In this document: piece by piece, positions 1 to 12,361 of the stretch
How the letters are laid out: the number at the start of each line of letters is the position of its first letter
Position numbering within the stretch: the first letter of the stretch is position 1
NCBI RefSeq assembly: GCF_004010195.1
Contig: NC_057751.1
Coordinates: 17,131,090 to 17,195,089 of the forward strand
Direction: 5' to 3'
From: Chiloscyllium plagiosum
Taxonomy: Eukaryota
DNA length: 64,000 nucleotides
Translations under genes and position numbers: made by a program
Notes under the pieces: model-generated
The model's input: only the letters and a program-made list of their open reading frames with translations
Told to the model about the DNA's origin: nothing
The model's database searches: none

Positions 1-316
1 TCTCCCATGGGGAACCTTGTCGAATGCCTTACTGAAGTCCATATAGATCACATCTACCGCTCTGCCCCCATCAACCCTCTTTGTTACTTCTTCAAAAAAC
101 TCAATCAAGTTTATGAGACATGATTTCCCACGCACAAAGCCATGTTGACTATCCCTAATCAGTCCATGCCTTTCCAAATACATGCGCATCCTATCCCTCA
201 GGATTCTTTCCAACAACATGCCCACATGGACATGGCTCACTGGTCTATAGTTACCACGCTTCTTAAACAGTGGCACCACGTTTGCCAACCTCCAGTCTTC
301 CGGCACCTCACATGTG
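1..316 (-). mobile_element. CR1 LINE reverse-transcriptase fragment
   Basis: Minus strand reads VPEDWRLANVVPLFKK ... QHGFVRGKSCLINLIEFFEEVTKRVDGGRAVDVIYMDFSKAFDKVPHGR, typical of CR1 ORF2. Confidence 0.9.
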
Positions 317-1010
317 TCTATTGTTCTGTCTGGTTCACCATCACTTTCACTTTTGATCGAATTGTGGCTATTTTTGGCCAGAGGCTGAAATGTCGATTTT
401 GCAGTGTGAAATCGGCGGCTGTGGTTCCTGTGATTGACTATAATCAGTTGCTTCAATAATATATACTGGAATTTTATACCTGAACATTGGCATCGGTGGT
501 GTATCTTGCTTGGTAACTTTGTTTTGTTCGGTAACTTTGGATGGTCAGTGATCTCCAGTCTTTCGTGCAATCGAGTTGATCAATAACATTCAAAATGCAT
601 GTTTTACATTTTTCCTGATTTTAAAGATTAATAGTTTGACGGTCAGTAACATTTCAGTGACAGATAAAGCCCACAGAAGGCTCCAGTCTCCCGGCAGCGC
701 CTAGTCTCTGACAGGTGAACAGATGGAGAGTCGAAGAGAACCCATGATGCTGCTATTTCTTCTCTCAGCCAATTTCATCATCTTATGGTCATTGTTCATA
801 TTTTATTCTCTGTGGTGGCCGTTTTACAGTTTGGGATGTACCGTCTCTGCATCTTCAGGATTGTGTGCACGAATTAGGCTTTATGCTGCAGCTCCTTAGT
901 TGCTGCATTAAAATTGCAATATATGCCACGACTCAAACAAAATTCAGACAACAGTTGAGAAATGTACTGACATATCAATTTGTGCAGATTTATCTAATAA
1001 TCAAACTATT
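317..1010 (+). pseudogene. GPR139/GPR142-like class A GPCR pseudogene (TM3-TM7), 5' part replaced by CR1
   Basis: Reads CSVWFTITFTFDRIVAI..LKCRFCSVKSAAVV, then after a frameshift FFLILKINSLTV..MESRREPMMLLFLLSANFIILW, then ELGFMLQLLSCCIKIAIYATTQTKFRQQL. Collinear with the ORF at 31036-31898. In-frame TAG at 702-704 and at least two frameshifts. Confidence 0.85.
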
Positions 1011-1181
1011 CATTAGTCTACCTTGTCAGGATTCTCTTACTTTTTCACATTTACAGGAGTTGATGGTTTGATGTTATGGTAGTAAACGGCTATTTGGAAT
1101 CTATTTATAAGGGAACAGTATAGGTTATCTGTCTCGTTAGTAACAACATTTGTTTAATCATTATTTGTAGTTGCCGTTGCC

Positions 1182-1226
1182 AGAACCACCTGACGAAGGA
1201 GCAACGCTCCGAAAGCTAGTGCTTCT
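1182..1226 (+). ncRNA. Minimal type I hammerhead ribozyme motif inside a PLE-derived short repeat (1182-1270, family B)
   Basis: Core CTGACGA 1190-1196, extra A, stem II GGAGC/GCTCC, GAAA 1211-1214, palindromic AGCT and cleavage triplet CUA. Stem I is AGAA-C-CAC / GTG-C-TTCT. Confidence 0.7.
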
Positions 1227-1270
1227 TAATAAACCTGTTGGATTATAACCTGGTGTCGTGTGATTGTTAA

Positions 1271-1590
1271 GATTAGATTAGATTAGATTACTTTACAGTG
1301 TGGAAACAAGCCCTTCGGCCCAAGTCCACACCGACCCGCCGAAGTGCAAGCCACCCATACCCCTACATTTACTCCTTACCTAACACTATGGGCAATTTAG
1401 CATGGCCAATTCACCTGACCCTGCACATCTTTTGGACTGTGGGAGGAAACCAGAGCACCCGGAGGAAACCCACGCAGACACGGGGAGAATGTGCAAACTC
1501 CACACAGTCAGTCGCCTGAGGCAGGAATTGAACCCGGGACCCTGGTGCTGTGAGGCAGCAGTGCTAACCACTGTGCCACTGTGCCACCCA
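1271..1590 (-). mobile_element. HE1-type tRNA-derived V-SINE
   Basis: Reverse complement has A box TGGCACAGTGG, B box GGTTCAATTCC, the V-SINE core and an (AATCT)n tail. Confidence 0.9.
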
Positions 1591-1625
1591 CTTAATGATT
1601 AAGTGTTTAATCATTAACCTTCAAA

Positions 1626-1765
1626 ATAAAAGCAAATCATTGCAGTCGCTGAAGATCTGAAATAGAAACAGAAGGTCATTGGAAAGCGCAACAAACCAGA
1701 TGGCATTTCTGACAATGGAATCAATTAACATTTTGCATTCCAGGAAGAATATTCTTTGGAACTGA
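1626..1765. mobile_element. Degenerate PLE-derived short repeat (family C)
   Basis: Resembles the arms at 8932-9060 and 40635-40840 (GCTGAAGATCTGAA..AACAGAA). Confidence 0.4.
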
Positions 1766-2049
1766 ATTGATCGAATTTATGACGATATTGAAAATAGGGA
1801 GGGTGGGCAAGTGAAACAGATTTCGAGTGCTCCCACAGTAAAAGACAGAGGGACTAAAAATGCCAGCACAGGAGATGCAGCTTTGCGAGTATTTTTTGTT
1901 TCGTTGTCTGATGAAGAAAGCGCTGGCGATGGAGAAACCGCAACAATCATTTGGTGAACTGCTTCTTGGGAAAGCAAGACTGACGGATTAATAAAGATTG
2001 CACTGGCGAAGTGTGGATTCACTGGCGTTTCGAAAAAAGAAAATGAGTT

Positions 2050-3590
2050 GGGATCAAAGGAAACCACAACATTCCAACTAGCCAAGGTAAAAGAAAGAGG
2101 GATATTCTGGACAGAGGCACGCAGTCTAAGAATATGGCGTAAAATAAACTATTTCGGACAGGGTTGAGAATAAATGTCTTCACCCAGAGAATGAAGGGCC
2201 TGCAGAATGCAGAGGCGTGGATAGAAGTTGACATTAAAACACAGACTGTTGTCGAGATGGAGATAACTGTTGTTTTCGGCTCCAGGGCCCAATGAATATG
2301 AGGATTGAAGGAACCGTGGCCTGAGTTGGATCATCACGAGTGATCAAATTGAATGATTAGAACAGGATCAATCGGCCCACTGCCCCTCTCCTTTTCCAAT
2401 ATTCTCAGTCTCTGCAAACTGCATGGAGATGAAAATATAGGTTTGAATTGTCGGGGCGCATCACACAAAAAGGCATCGCTTTCCAGGGAGAGAAATAAAT
2501 CATTCGGAGGGGAGGACGTGGAATTAAACTGAGATGAGAGTTCATTGAAGGGGGAAGACCATGGGCATTGTGCTCGATTATGACCTCACTCTGCAAAGCG
2601 TTCTATTCTTGTCGAAATTTATTCTCAACTCAACCTTTTGATCACTGTCTTTCCATTGACTGGTCACAATTATTGATCATCACTCTGCACTCGCACCAAA
2701 TTGTCGAGTCAAGATGACCGGGTTAGTGCATTTGCAGACAAAGCAAAGATCGGTGGAGTTGTGGAGACTTTTGAATATTGCCAGAGGATGCAGAGGGATA
2801 CAGATCAGTTATGGATATGGGCAGAGAAATGGCAGATGGAATTTAACCTAGGTAAGGGCCAAGGAAAAGTATATATGTAATGTCAGGACCTTGAGCAGCA
2901 TTGATGTACAGAGTGGACTTGTGATTCGAGTCCATAGCTTCCTCAACGTAACCACTCACGCAGATAAGGTAGTAAAGAAGGCGTATGGCACACTTACCTT
3001 TATTTCTCAGGGAACTGAGTACAAGAGTCAGGATGATTTGTTACAGATTTGTCAGAGGTTGGTTCGGCCATCCGTAGAGTACTGCATTCAATTCTGGTCG
3101 TCACATTACAGGAAGGACGTGGAGGCTATGGAGTGAGCACAGAATAAGTTTATTCGGTTCCTACCTGGTTTAGAAAGCATAAGGGGTGAGGAGAGGTGAG
3201 AAAAAAAAAACTTTGCTTTCTCTGAAGCTATGGAGGGTGAGGAGACACTTGGTAGAATTGTTTAAAATAATGATATTCATAGGTAGCATTGGCAGTCGGA
3301 ATTATTTCCGAGAGTTGAACTTTCAGGATAGAGTGAGAAGTTTCAAAAGAAACGTGAGGTGTATTTATTTGAACAGAAAGTGGTAAACATCTGAATGGTG
3401 TTGTGGCTGGATGCGATAGGGGCACTTCAGGGACTTTTAGATAAGCACATGAAAGTTTGAGGAATGGAGAGATATGGATCGGGAACAGAGGAACGTGATT
3501 AGATTAATTTGGCGTCATGTTCCACACAATCTGGTGGGCTGAAGGGATCTTTCTTGCGTTGTACAGGTCTATGTTCCACGTTCTGTCAAT
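2050..3590 (+). mobile_element. Degenerate CR1 LINE 3' fragments (about 2050-2395 and 2730-3590)
   Basis: Translates FADKAKIGGVV..., HADKVVKKAYGTL, LVRPSVEYCIQFWSSHYRKDV, followed by a CR1-type 3' UTR. Confidence 0.8.
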
Positions 3591-4356
3591 GCCCCTCTCA
3601 ATGGACCATCTGTCTCTCACAAAACGGGAAGGTCTCCATGATCATCATCACACTCTCCTCCTGCTCTACCATCGCTTATGCAGCATAGGCCATTCGCCAT
3701 GTCCATCAAACCTCTCAACACCTAATCCACCAACTCTCACATAACATGGACAAGTCATCACCACAATCTTTCCAATACTTTGGGTCAGTCTCCATTTCTA
3801 TCATCACTCGTCCCTCCCACTGCACCATTCGTCAGACATCATTAGGCCAGTCACGAAGTCCATCGTGACTTTCTCCTCCTGCTCCACCAACTCTTAGTAG
3901 CATGGACTAATCACATTACCCATCAACTCTTGCCCCACCCGCTCAAACGTTACTCCGATATCTTGAGCCACTCACCATATGCTTCAACAGTGTTCCTCCC
4001 AATATCCCCATTGCTACCATTCTATTGTTTCATCCCTATGTCCCTTATCATTCTGCCCCACACCACACCATCCCTCACATTAGATCGTCCAGACTGCATG
4101 AGCAGCATTACGCTGCCCAACCCCGGACATTCACTCATATCTTTGTGGCCAGCCATCGTGTAAATCTGTTCTCTGGTTCCCCACAACATTCTATCACATT
4201 GAGTAGCCTCTAAGTCCTTAAAACTCTGTCCTCCCTCTCAGCCAAAACTAACGTTATAATATCCCTGTCGTCAGTGTAAATGGTAATCATCATTGTAAAC
4301 CAACATCTGCACACTCACTGCCATCCTATTGGCTGTCTCCATTCCATCATTTTTTT

Positions 4357-4657
4357 TTAGATTAGATTACTTACAGTGTGGAAACAGGCCCTTCGGCCCA
4401 ACAAGTCCACCCCGACCCGCCAAAGCGTAACCCACCCAGACCAATTCTCCTACATTTACCCCCGGGCAATTTAGCATGGCCAATTCCCCCTAACCTGCAC
4501 ATTTTTGGATTGTGGGAGGAAACCGGAGCACCCGGAGGAAACCCACGCAGACACGGGGAGAATGTGCAAACTCCACACAGTCAGTCGCCTGAGGCGGGAA
4601 TTGAACCCGGGTCTCTGGCACTGTGAGGCAGCGGTGCTAACCACTGTGCCACCGTGC
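4357..4657 (-). mobile_element. HE1-type V-SINE
   Basis: Full tRNA head, V core and AATCT tail on the minus strand. Confidence 0.9.
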
Positions 4658-4864
4658 CATCACTCATCACACGCTTAATCTTAATTAATCAGTTTATCAT
4701 TCATCCCTTCACTTGGTATACAGATCTTGACACCTGCGAAATCTGGTTATTGAGCCTGTCTACAGTCCACTCACGCTATTTGTACTCATTTTTTTGACAC
4801 TCTGATTAGTTTAGAACCATCCTGCCATTATCTCTCCGTATTCTGAGGTAGTGCACTTCTTTTT

Positions 4865-5178
4865 TTAGATTACTTACAGTGTGGAAACAGGCCCTTCGGG
4901 CCAACAAGTCCACATCGACCCGCCGAAGCACAACCCACCCAGACCCATTCCCCTACATTTACCCCTTCACCTAACACTATGGGCAATTGAGCCTGGCCAA
5001 TTCACCCTAACCTGCACATCTTTGGATTGTGAGAGGAAACCGGAGCACCTGGAGGAAACACGCAGACACGGGGAGAATGTGCAAACTCCACACAGAGAGT
5101 CGCCTGAGGCAGGAATTGAACCCGGGTCTCTGGTGCTGTGAGGCAGCAGTGCTAACCACTGTCCCACCGTGCCGCCCA
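4865..5178 (-). mobile_element. HE1-type V-SINE
   Basis: Full tRNA head, V core and tail on the minus strand. Confidence 0.9.
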
Positions 5179-6869
5179 CTTCCCTGCACTTCACATAATG
5201 AAAGAACAGTTTTCTGAAACTTGTGCATTTAAATAAACTTGTTGGGCTATAAATTAGTTTCCTGTGACTTACAGCTTTTTCCATCTCACCATCATTCTCC
5301 CCATCTTGACCGCTATTGATTCTGTCCCATTATTCAACTCAATTTCCATAATCAGTCTGTCCCACCAGGACTCCTAACCCATTGGTGATATCGATGTGAT
5401 TAATCAGTTTATCCCTCTTCACTGATATATCAATCCATCTGTCAGTCACTCCATCTCATCTCCACACAAATACTCCCAGCCTATTGATCAGTCTTTCTGC
5501 CCACATTACAGTACCTTGGAAGAAGGTCCAACCACCACAAGTCCTTCCACTCCAATGCATCGTTACTGTCAAAACTTAGTGGTCCTTTAAATCGCACGTC
5601 CACCCTCATCAATGCTCTCATACTACTGGACAGATCAGAAGTCAATCAAAAATGTCACATCCCACACCACCATCTCTCCCACTTCGATGGCCAGGCGCCA
5701 CAACTATTAGCACTCTTGCTCATACACCACATTACTTATTTCGAACAGATCAGTCTCCACATCTATCATGATCCAGTCCAAATTACAAAACACATATATT
5801 CCACTTCAAATGTCCAGTCACTATCTTCATCATCACGTCAACGCCCACCTATGTCACTCATTGGCTTGTATTTGTGACCATCATAACTCTGTCATACAAC
5901 CTGCAAACCAATCCAATTTAGCGGTCACTGTTTCCATCGTTACCGTTAACCACATCGATCAGAACAATACGTTGGCCATTTCCACTCTGTTGGACAGTGT
6001 AATGCTAACAACGACTCTACATGACTCACCACAATGACTCCAATGCAAAACTAGCTTGTCAGGATGACCACCACCAGTCTCTTCACTAACACACCGTAAC
6101 TCCCACCTCATTCTTCCGTGCCCATGACCAACTTTACTCTCCAAACCGTCTGCATCAGCACTCACCATATTCACTATCAATCTCCAATCCACCTCACAAT
6201 TACTCACTCCATCCCAAATTTGCAGCTTTTGTATCCACATTTACTAGATTCCAGGTCTCACATCGCTCTTACCACACCCAGCCACATGTGCAGTCTCGCC
6301 CATTGGCCTGTGTCCACGTCCATTATTATTCTCTCCTCCCCTACACCACTAAAATTATTAAATTGGCCATTCCCCAAACCCAACATAACTCTGTCTAGCG
6401 TTCTGCAAGTGTCAATGAGGTCCCACTTTATCTCTCCACACTCAGTTGAGTTCTGTTCATTACTCTGCCCTCCCACTCCAATCTCATCGACACTGCCGTC
6501 ACATTGGACAGTCACCACGTCTGTCATCATTCGGAACATCCACATCCCATTGGCCAGATTCCCTGTCCATCATAGTTCTGCCCACCTGTGTCACGTCAGT
6601 CCTAGCTCACTCAACAATCTTCGTGTACATCATCACTCCCTCTCTCTCACACACTCCTCTCCAAAATTCCCATTGAACAGCCAATCTTCAAATCCACCAA
6701 TATTTTGCTCTTCCTCCACATTGTCACTCCCAACCCAATGGCCAGTCACTGCGCCTGTCATGACTCTGACAGTCCATCAGCACTGCAATCCCATTGATTT
6801 ATCTCCAGATGCAGCATCATTTTAATGTTCCACTCCATCATCACCCCCATCCCATTTACAACAGAGAAC

Positions 6870-8480
6870 GAAGAGTATACGACTGTACTGCACATGAATG
6901 GGCCTTTCATGACGCCAGCTTAAACTAATACCTTCTACGTGCCCTTGATCCATATCCTGCCATTGCATCAACATTCATGTGCTTCTCAGTATCCCTTAAA
7001 TACCTCTATTGAATCTGCCACTATCTCTAACTCAACACATTCCATTTTATTCCACTCATATGTAAAATACTTGCCGCTGATGTCTCCTTTGAACTTTCTT
7101 CCTCTCACCTGAAATGCATACCTCTTGGTATTAGGCATATCAACTCTGGTGAAAAAGAATTTCTGACCATCAATCTTTCTATGCATATCAAATCTCCCCT
7201 TAGCTTCTATTGCGTCAGAGAAAACCTAAGTTTTGGTAGCTTCTCCCTTAAGCGCATACCTCTTCTTCACCCCTCCAAAACTCTGACATCCTTCCTGTAA
7301 TGTGGCGACTAGAAATGTATGCAATACGCTAGGTGTGGCCTAACTAAAATCTTATAAACTTGCAACATGCCATCGTGACGCCTGTATTCAGTTCCCGGTA
7401 AAATAAGTTCAAAAATATCATGCAGCTTCTTTACCACCGTGTCTATTTGTGTGTCCACTTTCAGTGAGTGTGAGATTTGAACTCCAAAACCCCTCTGTAC
7501 ATCGATACTGTTCAGGGTTCTGCCGTTAACTGAATACTGTTACTTAACATTTGATCATTCAAAGTGCAGCGCCTCACACTTAGCTGGCTTAAGCTCCACC
7601 TGTCTTTCCCTGCCCATTTGTGCAGCTGATCTATTACCCCCTGTGTCTTTTGACAATCCTCTCCACTATCCACAACTCCATCAACTTTTGTGTCTTCTGC
7701 AGACTTACTAACCAACTTCATCTACATTTTCATTCAAGACATGTATATGTATTATAAACAGCAGATGTCCCAGTACTAATCCCAGCAGATCATCACAGGT
7801 AATTGATCTCTAGCTAGAAAAACACCCTTCCAAAACTACCACCTGCTTTCGATGGTCAAGCCTCTTCTGAATCAAAGCGGTCAAGTTACTGTGAATGCGA
7901 AGAAACGTAAGTTTCTAGATGATTCCACCATGAGAGATCGGTTCAAAAGACCTACTTAAATTCTTATGGAAATCATCCACTTCTCTACCCTCATCGATCA
8001 CCTGTATCAGCAGCTCGAAAAATTCAATCAAGTTCATAAGACGTGACGTGTTCAGGACAACACCATGCAGACTGTTCCTAATTAGGCAATGCTTCCTCAA
8101 ATGCTTGTAAATCCTAACTTGAAGAATTCTCTCCAATAGCATCACCACCAATGAGAGTCTCACTGAGCTATTGTTTCCTGCATTACCTTTACTTCCATTC
8201 GTGAATACATGCATAGCATGATCTACTCACCAGTCCTCCAGAACTTCACTGTTGGCTGGGGAAGATTCAAAGATCTATGTCTAGGCCTCAGCAAACTAAT
8301 TTCTTGTTTCTCTCAACACCCTGGGGTAGATACCATCAAGGTCGGGGTCTTAATCACCTTAATGCTCTTCAAATGACCCAATACCACAATTTTCCTGATC
8401 TCATGTTGCCCGAGCATACGAGCATGCACCACACTCGTAACATTAAACATCATATCCTTCTCCTGGGTAAATGTTGATGC
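6870..8480 (-). mobile_element. Degenerate CR1 LINE ORF2 and 3' end
   Basis: Minus translations LMNLIEFFELL, LVSKSAEDTKVDGVVDS and RYAFQVRGRKFKGD. Confidence 0.8.
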
Positions 8481-8931
8481 ATAATACTAATTTAGGAATT
8501 CACCCACATCCTCTACCTCCAAGCACAAGTTCCCTTCTTTTCAAATTTGATGTTGAGTTTAAAAGGGGTTTATTAAATACAATTTATCTTCTCATCATTA
8601 GTCTGACGAGCATTTTCAACCACAATTTCTTAATCCTGAATGAATTGTATTTTTAAATTCTCTTCAGGTGATAAGAGCTCGAAGAAATTCTTCCGTGTTT
8701 TCAGCTCTATCCACCTGTCAAACATTCTTTGCTTAACCCTTTGAATTCAATTTAAGTTTCTCCAGCCTGTTTTGTCCTTAAATTCGAATACATTTGAAGA
8801 TATGCCTCAGTCACTAACTCATACGTACACAGTATAGTTTTTTTTTGTCTCAATGCTGAGAATCGTCTGTCGATGATGAAACATAAAGTTATTTTTCTTG
8901 ACCTGACAACTTACTCTCCCAGTGCAATCAA

Positions 8932-9060
8932 TTTCTAAGGAAGGGTCACTCGACGGAAGCCGTTAACCCTGACTTCTCTCCGCAGATTGTACCAGACATG
9001 CTGAGCTTTTTCGGCGATTTCTGCTTTTGTTTCTGATTTACAGCATTTTTTGTTTTGCTT
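8932..9060 (+). mobile_element. Degenerate hammerhead-derived PLE short repeat (family C)
   Basis: CTAAGGA-A-GGGTC-ACTC-GAC..GAAGCCGTT is a decayed core, followed by a family C tail. Confidence 0.5.
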
Positions 9061-9472
9061 TATTTTCCCCAAAACCTTTTTTGCCTGCCTCAATTGTTGA
9101 GGCATCTCCTGAAATAAGGTATGCAGTACGTTCACATTTTGTTTCCCATCAGTTTCAATAGGATCGATGGTAACTTTCAACTTTCTCTTTTCTGTGTTTG
9201 CAGTTAGTAATCAGATTGGTTCCCTCAGAACTTGCATCAGCATCTGATATCTGCTGTTTTATCGGCATCACTTTAACCTTGCGGTAATGTTCTCACTTTT
9301 TTTTACCTTTCTCTTTGTAATTCTGACTCTATTCCACTTTCTCGCTTCCATTTCTATTTTTCTTAATTTGATTTCCCGTTCCTTATCTATTTCTGCCATT
9401 TTAAAATCTTCTCTTTTCATTCTGTCTTTCAGCTTCAACGATCATCATGGATATTGGCATACTACATGGAGT

Positions 9473-9653
9473 TGCTGGAAAAGCGCAGCAGGTCAGGCAG
9501 CATCCAAGGAGCAGGAGAATCGACGTTTTGGGCATGAGCCCGAAGAAGGGCTCATGCCCGAAACGTCGATTCTCCTGCTCCTTGGATGCTGCCTGACCTG
9601 CTGCGCTTTTCCAGCAACACATTTTCAGCTATGATCTCCAGCATCACTTTCTC
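9473..9653 (+). mobile_element. Palindromic hammerhead-bearing short element (family A) with TSD
   Basis: Near-perfect inverted repeat 9471-9618. Flanking direct repeat CATACTACATGGAGT at 9458-9472 and 9654-9668. Confidence 0.85.
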
Positions 9654-10704
9654 CATACTACATGGAGTATTCGGTCTACCTTGTAGTCCCTGTAAAGAGA
9701 TGTGTGCCATGCTGTTACCTCAGTTATCTCCGCCTCCTTAGATCCATCAAACAATTCTTCCGCACTGCACTCACCTGTCAATAAGCCTGGTCTTTGAATG
9801 TTCCCTTAGGACCCCAGGGGCAACTCTGCTATTTGCAGAATACTCTTGCTGTTTCCAGTGGTATCTCTCAAATACAGTACAGAACCTATTGTTCTCTTTG
9901 ACCTGTGTAATTTCCTAAGAACACCGCCAAATTCATTTTCTCTCTGCAACAAACAGTCCTGAATGAGTCCCCAATCTTTGTCCTGCCTTCCAAAGTTCTT
10001 GCGCTGAGAATCAAATGTTATTCTTCCTGGCATTGTCAGATAAGGTAGATTGGAATAAATACACAGAATGGCCAGATAACAAGAAAAGTTCCTGGAGTGG
10101 CACAGGCTGGCATTAGAGGTTAAAATGATTTAGAATTGCATATTTTGTAGGAATTGACTGTAATATTCAAACCAATGATGGACAATTCCTCCCCCTCCCC
10201 CACCACCAAACCCTCGAAACTGGAAGTTACTTCTTCTCAGTTGGTTTAGTCATTTACACAGGGAACCTTCAGATGATTAAGTGCAGTACGAAATTGATAG
10301 AACCATTCTCGATTCAGCACTGTCACCCTCTCCACAAACTGCACCTCCCTGGACTAATTACACGCTCAAAACATTCACAACGACCCACCCCACGCCTTAA
10401 CAAATCACCACAGCTGGCGACTAAGCTTACACACTCAGGCCCCACCAACAGCCGCTCTGAGGCCCCAGAAATAATCATGTGCCCTCACACGCATCTGTCC
10501 TGATCTCATCATTGCCACTCTCCATGCCACTGACCTGGTATTCACCCCATCAGCCTTGCACTGATTCATCCCTGACCTGCACTGACATCTTTCCCCAAGC
10601 GACAGCCTCCAGAGACTAGCACATCCACACCACATTGCCACATTTCCCACTCTCTCCAGCCACGTCCCCAACCCAATAACTCTCCCTACCTGCTCGAACT
10701 TGAC

Positions 10705-12100
10705 ATTCAGAATCATACAGAATGAAAACACACCCGTCGGCTCACCCTTTCCATGTGGACCAGGTTTTGTAAACTGAACTAGTCCCGTTTGCCTCTATTC
10801 GACCAATATCCCTGCAAATCTTTCCTGTGCACTTACCTGTCCAAATGTCGTTCAAAAGTTGTAATTATACACTCCTCTACCAGTTTCTCTGGCAGCTCAT
10901 TCTATAAACACACTCTGCGAGAATGTGGCCCTTCAGTTCAATTTTAAATCTTTCTCCCCTCACCTTAAAATTATTCCCTTTTGGCCCCTCCCCTGCTCTG
11001 GAAATGTATTCACCTTATGTATGTCCCACGTGATTTGATCAACCTCGATAAGCTCAGCCTGTGCTCCAGTGGAAAAACTTCCCAGCGTTTCTAACTTCTC
11101 CTTTTACTTCATGTCCCCTGCCGTCTCGGTAACATCCTTTAGAATCTTTTATGTGCCCTTTCCCATGTAATAACATCCTTCCAATAGCACGGCGATCAGA
11201 ATTATATGCAGCACTCCAAACGTGTCCGTATCAACATCCTACACAACTGCAAGTTTGGATTAGATTAGATTACATTACAGTGTGGAAACAGGCCCTTCGG
11301 CCCAACAAGTCCACACCGACCCGCCGAAGCGAAACCCACCCATACCCCTACATTTACCCCTTACCTAACACTACGGGCAATTTAGCATGGCCAATTCACC
11401 TGACCTGCACATCTTTGGACTGTTGATGTCCCAACTCCTGTACTTAATGGTGTGACAGACCAAGTCAAAAGATGTCAAACGCCTGCTTCACTACTCTGCC
11501 TTCTGTGATGTACAATTATGGAACTTTGTACCTGTACCCCTAGGTCTCTCGGTTTGACAACACTCCCCAGGGCGATGCCGTTAACTGTGCATGTTCTGCC
11601 CTTGCTTGCCTTAATAAAATGCAACATATTTCATTCAACCATAGTAAACTTCAGCTGACATTCCTCGACCGACTGGCCCAGTTCATCAAGATCATGTTGA
11701 ATTCTGAAATGATCTCCTTCACTGTCCACAATTTCTCGAATTTTGCTGCTATGCGCAAGCTTACTAACCATGCCTTCCATATTTTCATGCAAATCGTTTC
11801 CAGAAATGACAAGAAAAGAGTGGATCCATAATGATTTTGCATCACCACCCTCTTTCTCCTACCATCGAGCCAAACTTTTATTCAATTTGCTAGCTCTCTA
11901 ATCTAATCTAAACTCACTAACCAATCTATCGTACAGAATCTTGTCAAAATTCGATGTAGACAACAACTATCATTCTGCCCTCATCTGTATTCTTGTTCAA
12001 ATCTTCAAAAAAAAAACACATTTTTGAGCCATGACATCTGACATGAAAACTCATTCTGACTATCCCTAATCATTCCTTGCTTCACGAAATGCAGTTTTGA
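10705..12100 (-). mobile_element. Degenerate CR1 LINE 3' region
   Basis: CR1 3' UTR and RT C-terminal motifs on the minus strand, interrupted by a SINE. Confidence 0.7.
11258..11422 (-). mobile_element. 5'-truncated HE1-type SINE
   Basis: Only the tail and the 3' half of the core are present. Confidence 0.85.
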
Positions 12101-12361
12101 CCTCTGACCGAACCCGATGCCCTCTCTTACCTGTCAGAGCCAACAGATACCCTACTGCTACAGTCTGCCCACAAAACACGAGCAAGTTGACCCGAACCCA
12201 TCATTGAGGCAACGTAATTTTCTTCTTATCTCATACGCTTTTTATTCGACTTACCTGGTCATACACCTACCTGGCATGCTACAAGCTCATCCACGTGCTG
12301 TCCTCAACGTGTTATCTTCCCATTACACTTAACTTATATTCTAACTCTTTCACAGAAAAAC

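Larger units (their letters stand above)
3590..6860. repeat. C/A/T-rich, G-poor degenerate repetitive tract interrupted by two SINEs; 5285-6460 is paralogous to 49585-51020
   Basis: Recurring CCATTGG / CAGTCAC / CATCATCACTC motifs, and collinear similarity with 49585-51020. Confidence 0.6.
8520..10250 (-). mobile_element. Degenerate Gypsy (Gmr1-like) gag remnant with SCAN-like segment
   Basis: Minus strand near 8740-8835 reads ILCTYELVTEAYLQMYSNLRTKQAGET*IEF, resembling the YELVPEAYRQxFRNLRK gag motif. Outer boundaries are uncertain. Confidence 0.55.

Noticed and set aside
1298..1602. Recurrent ORFs such as CGRKPEHPEETHADTGRMCKLHT
   Set aside because: Translations of HE1 SINE copies.
6118..6825. 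235-aa ORF
   Set aside because: Low-complexity H/S/T/P product from a G-poor repeat. The paralogous copy at 50.6-51.0 kb does not keep a comparable continuous frame.
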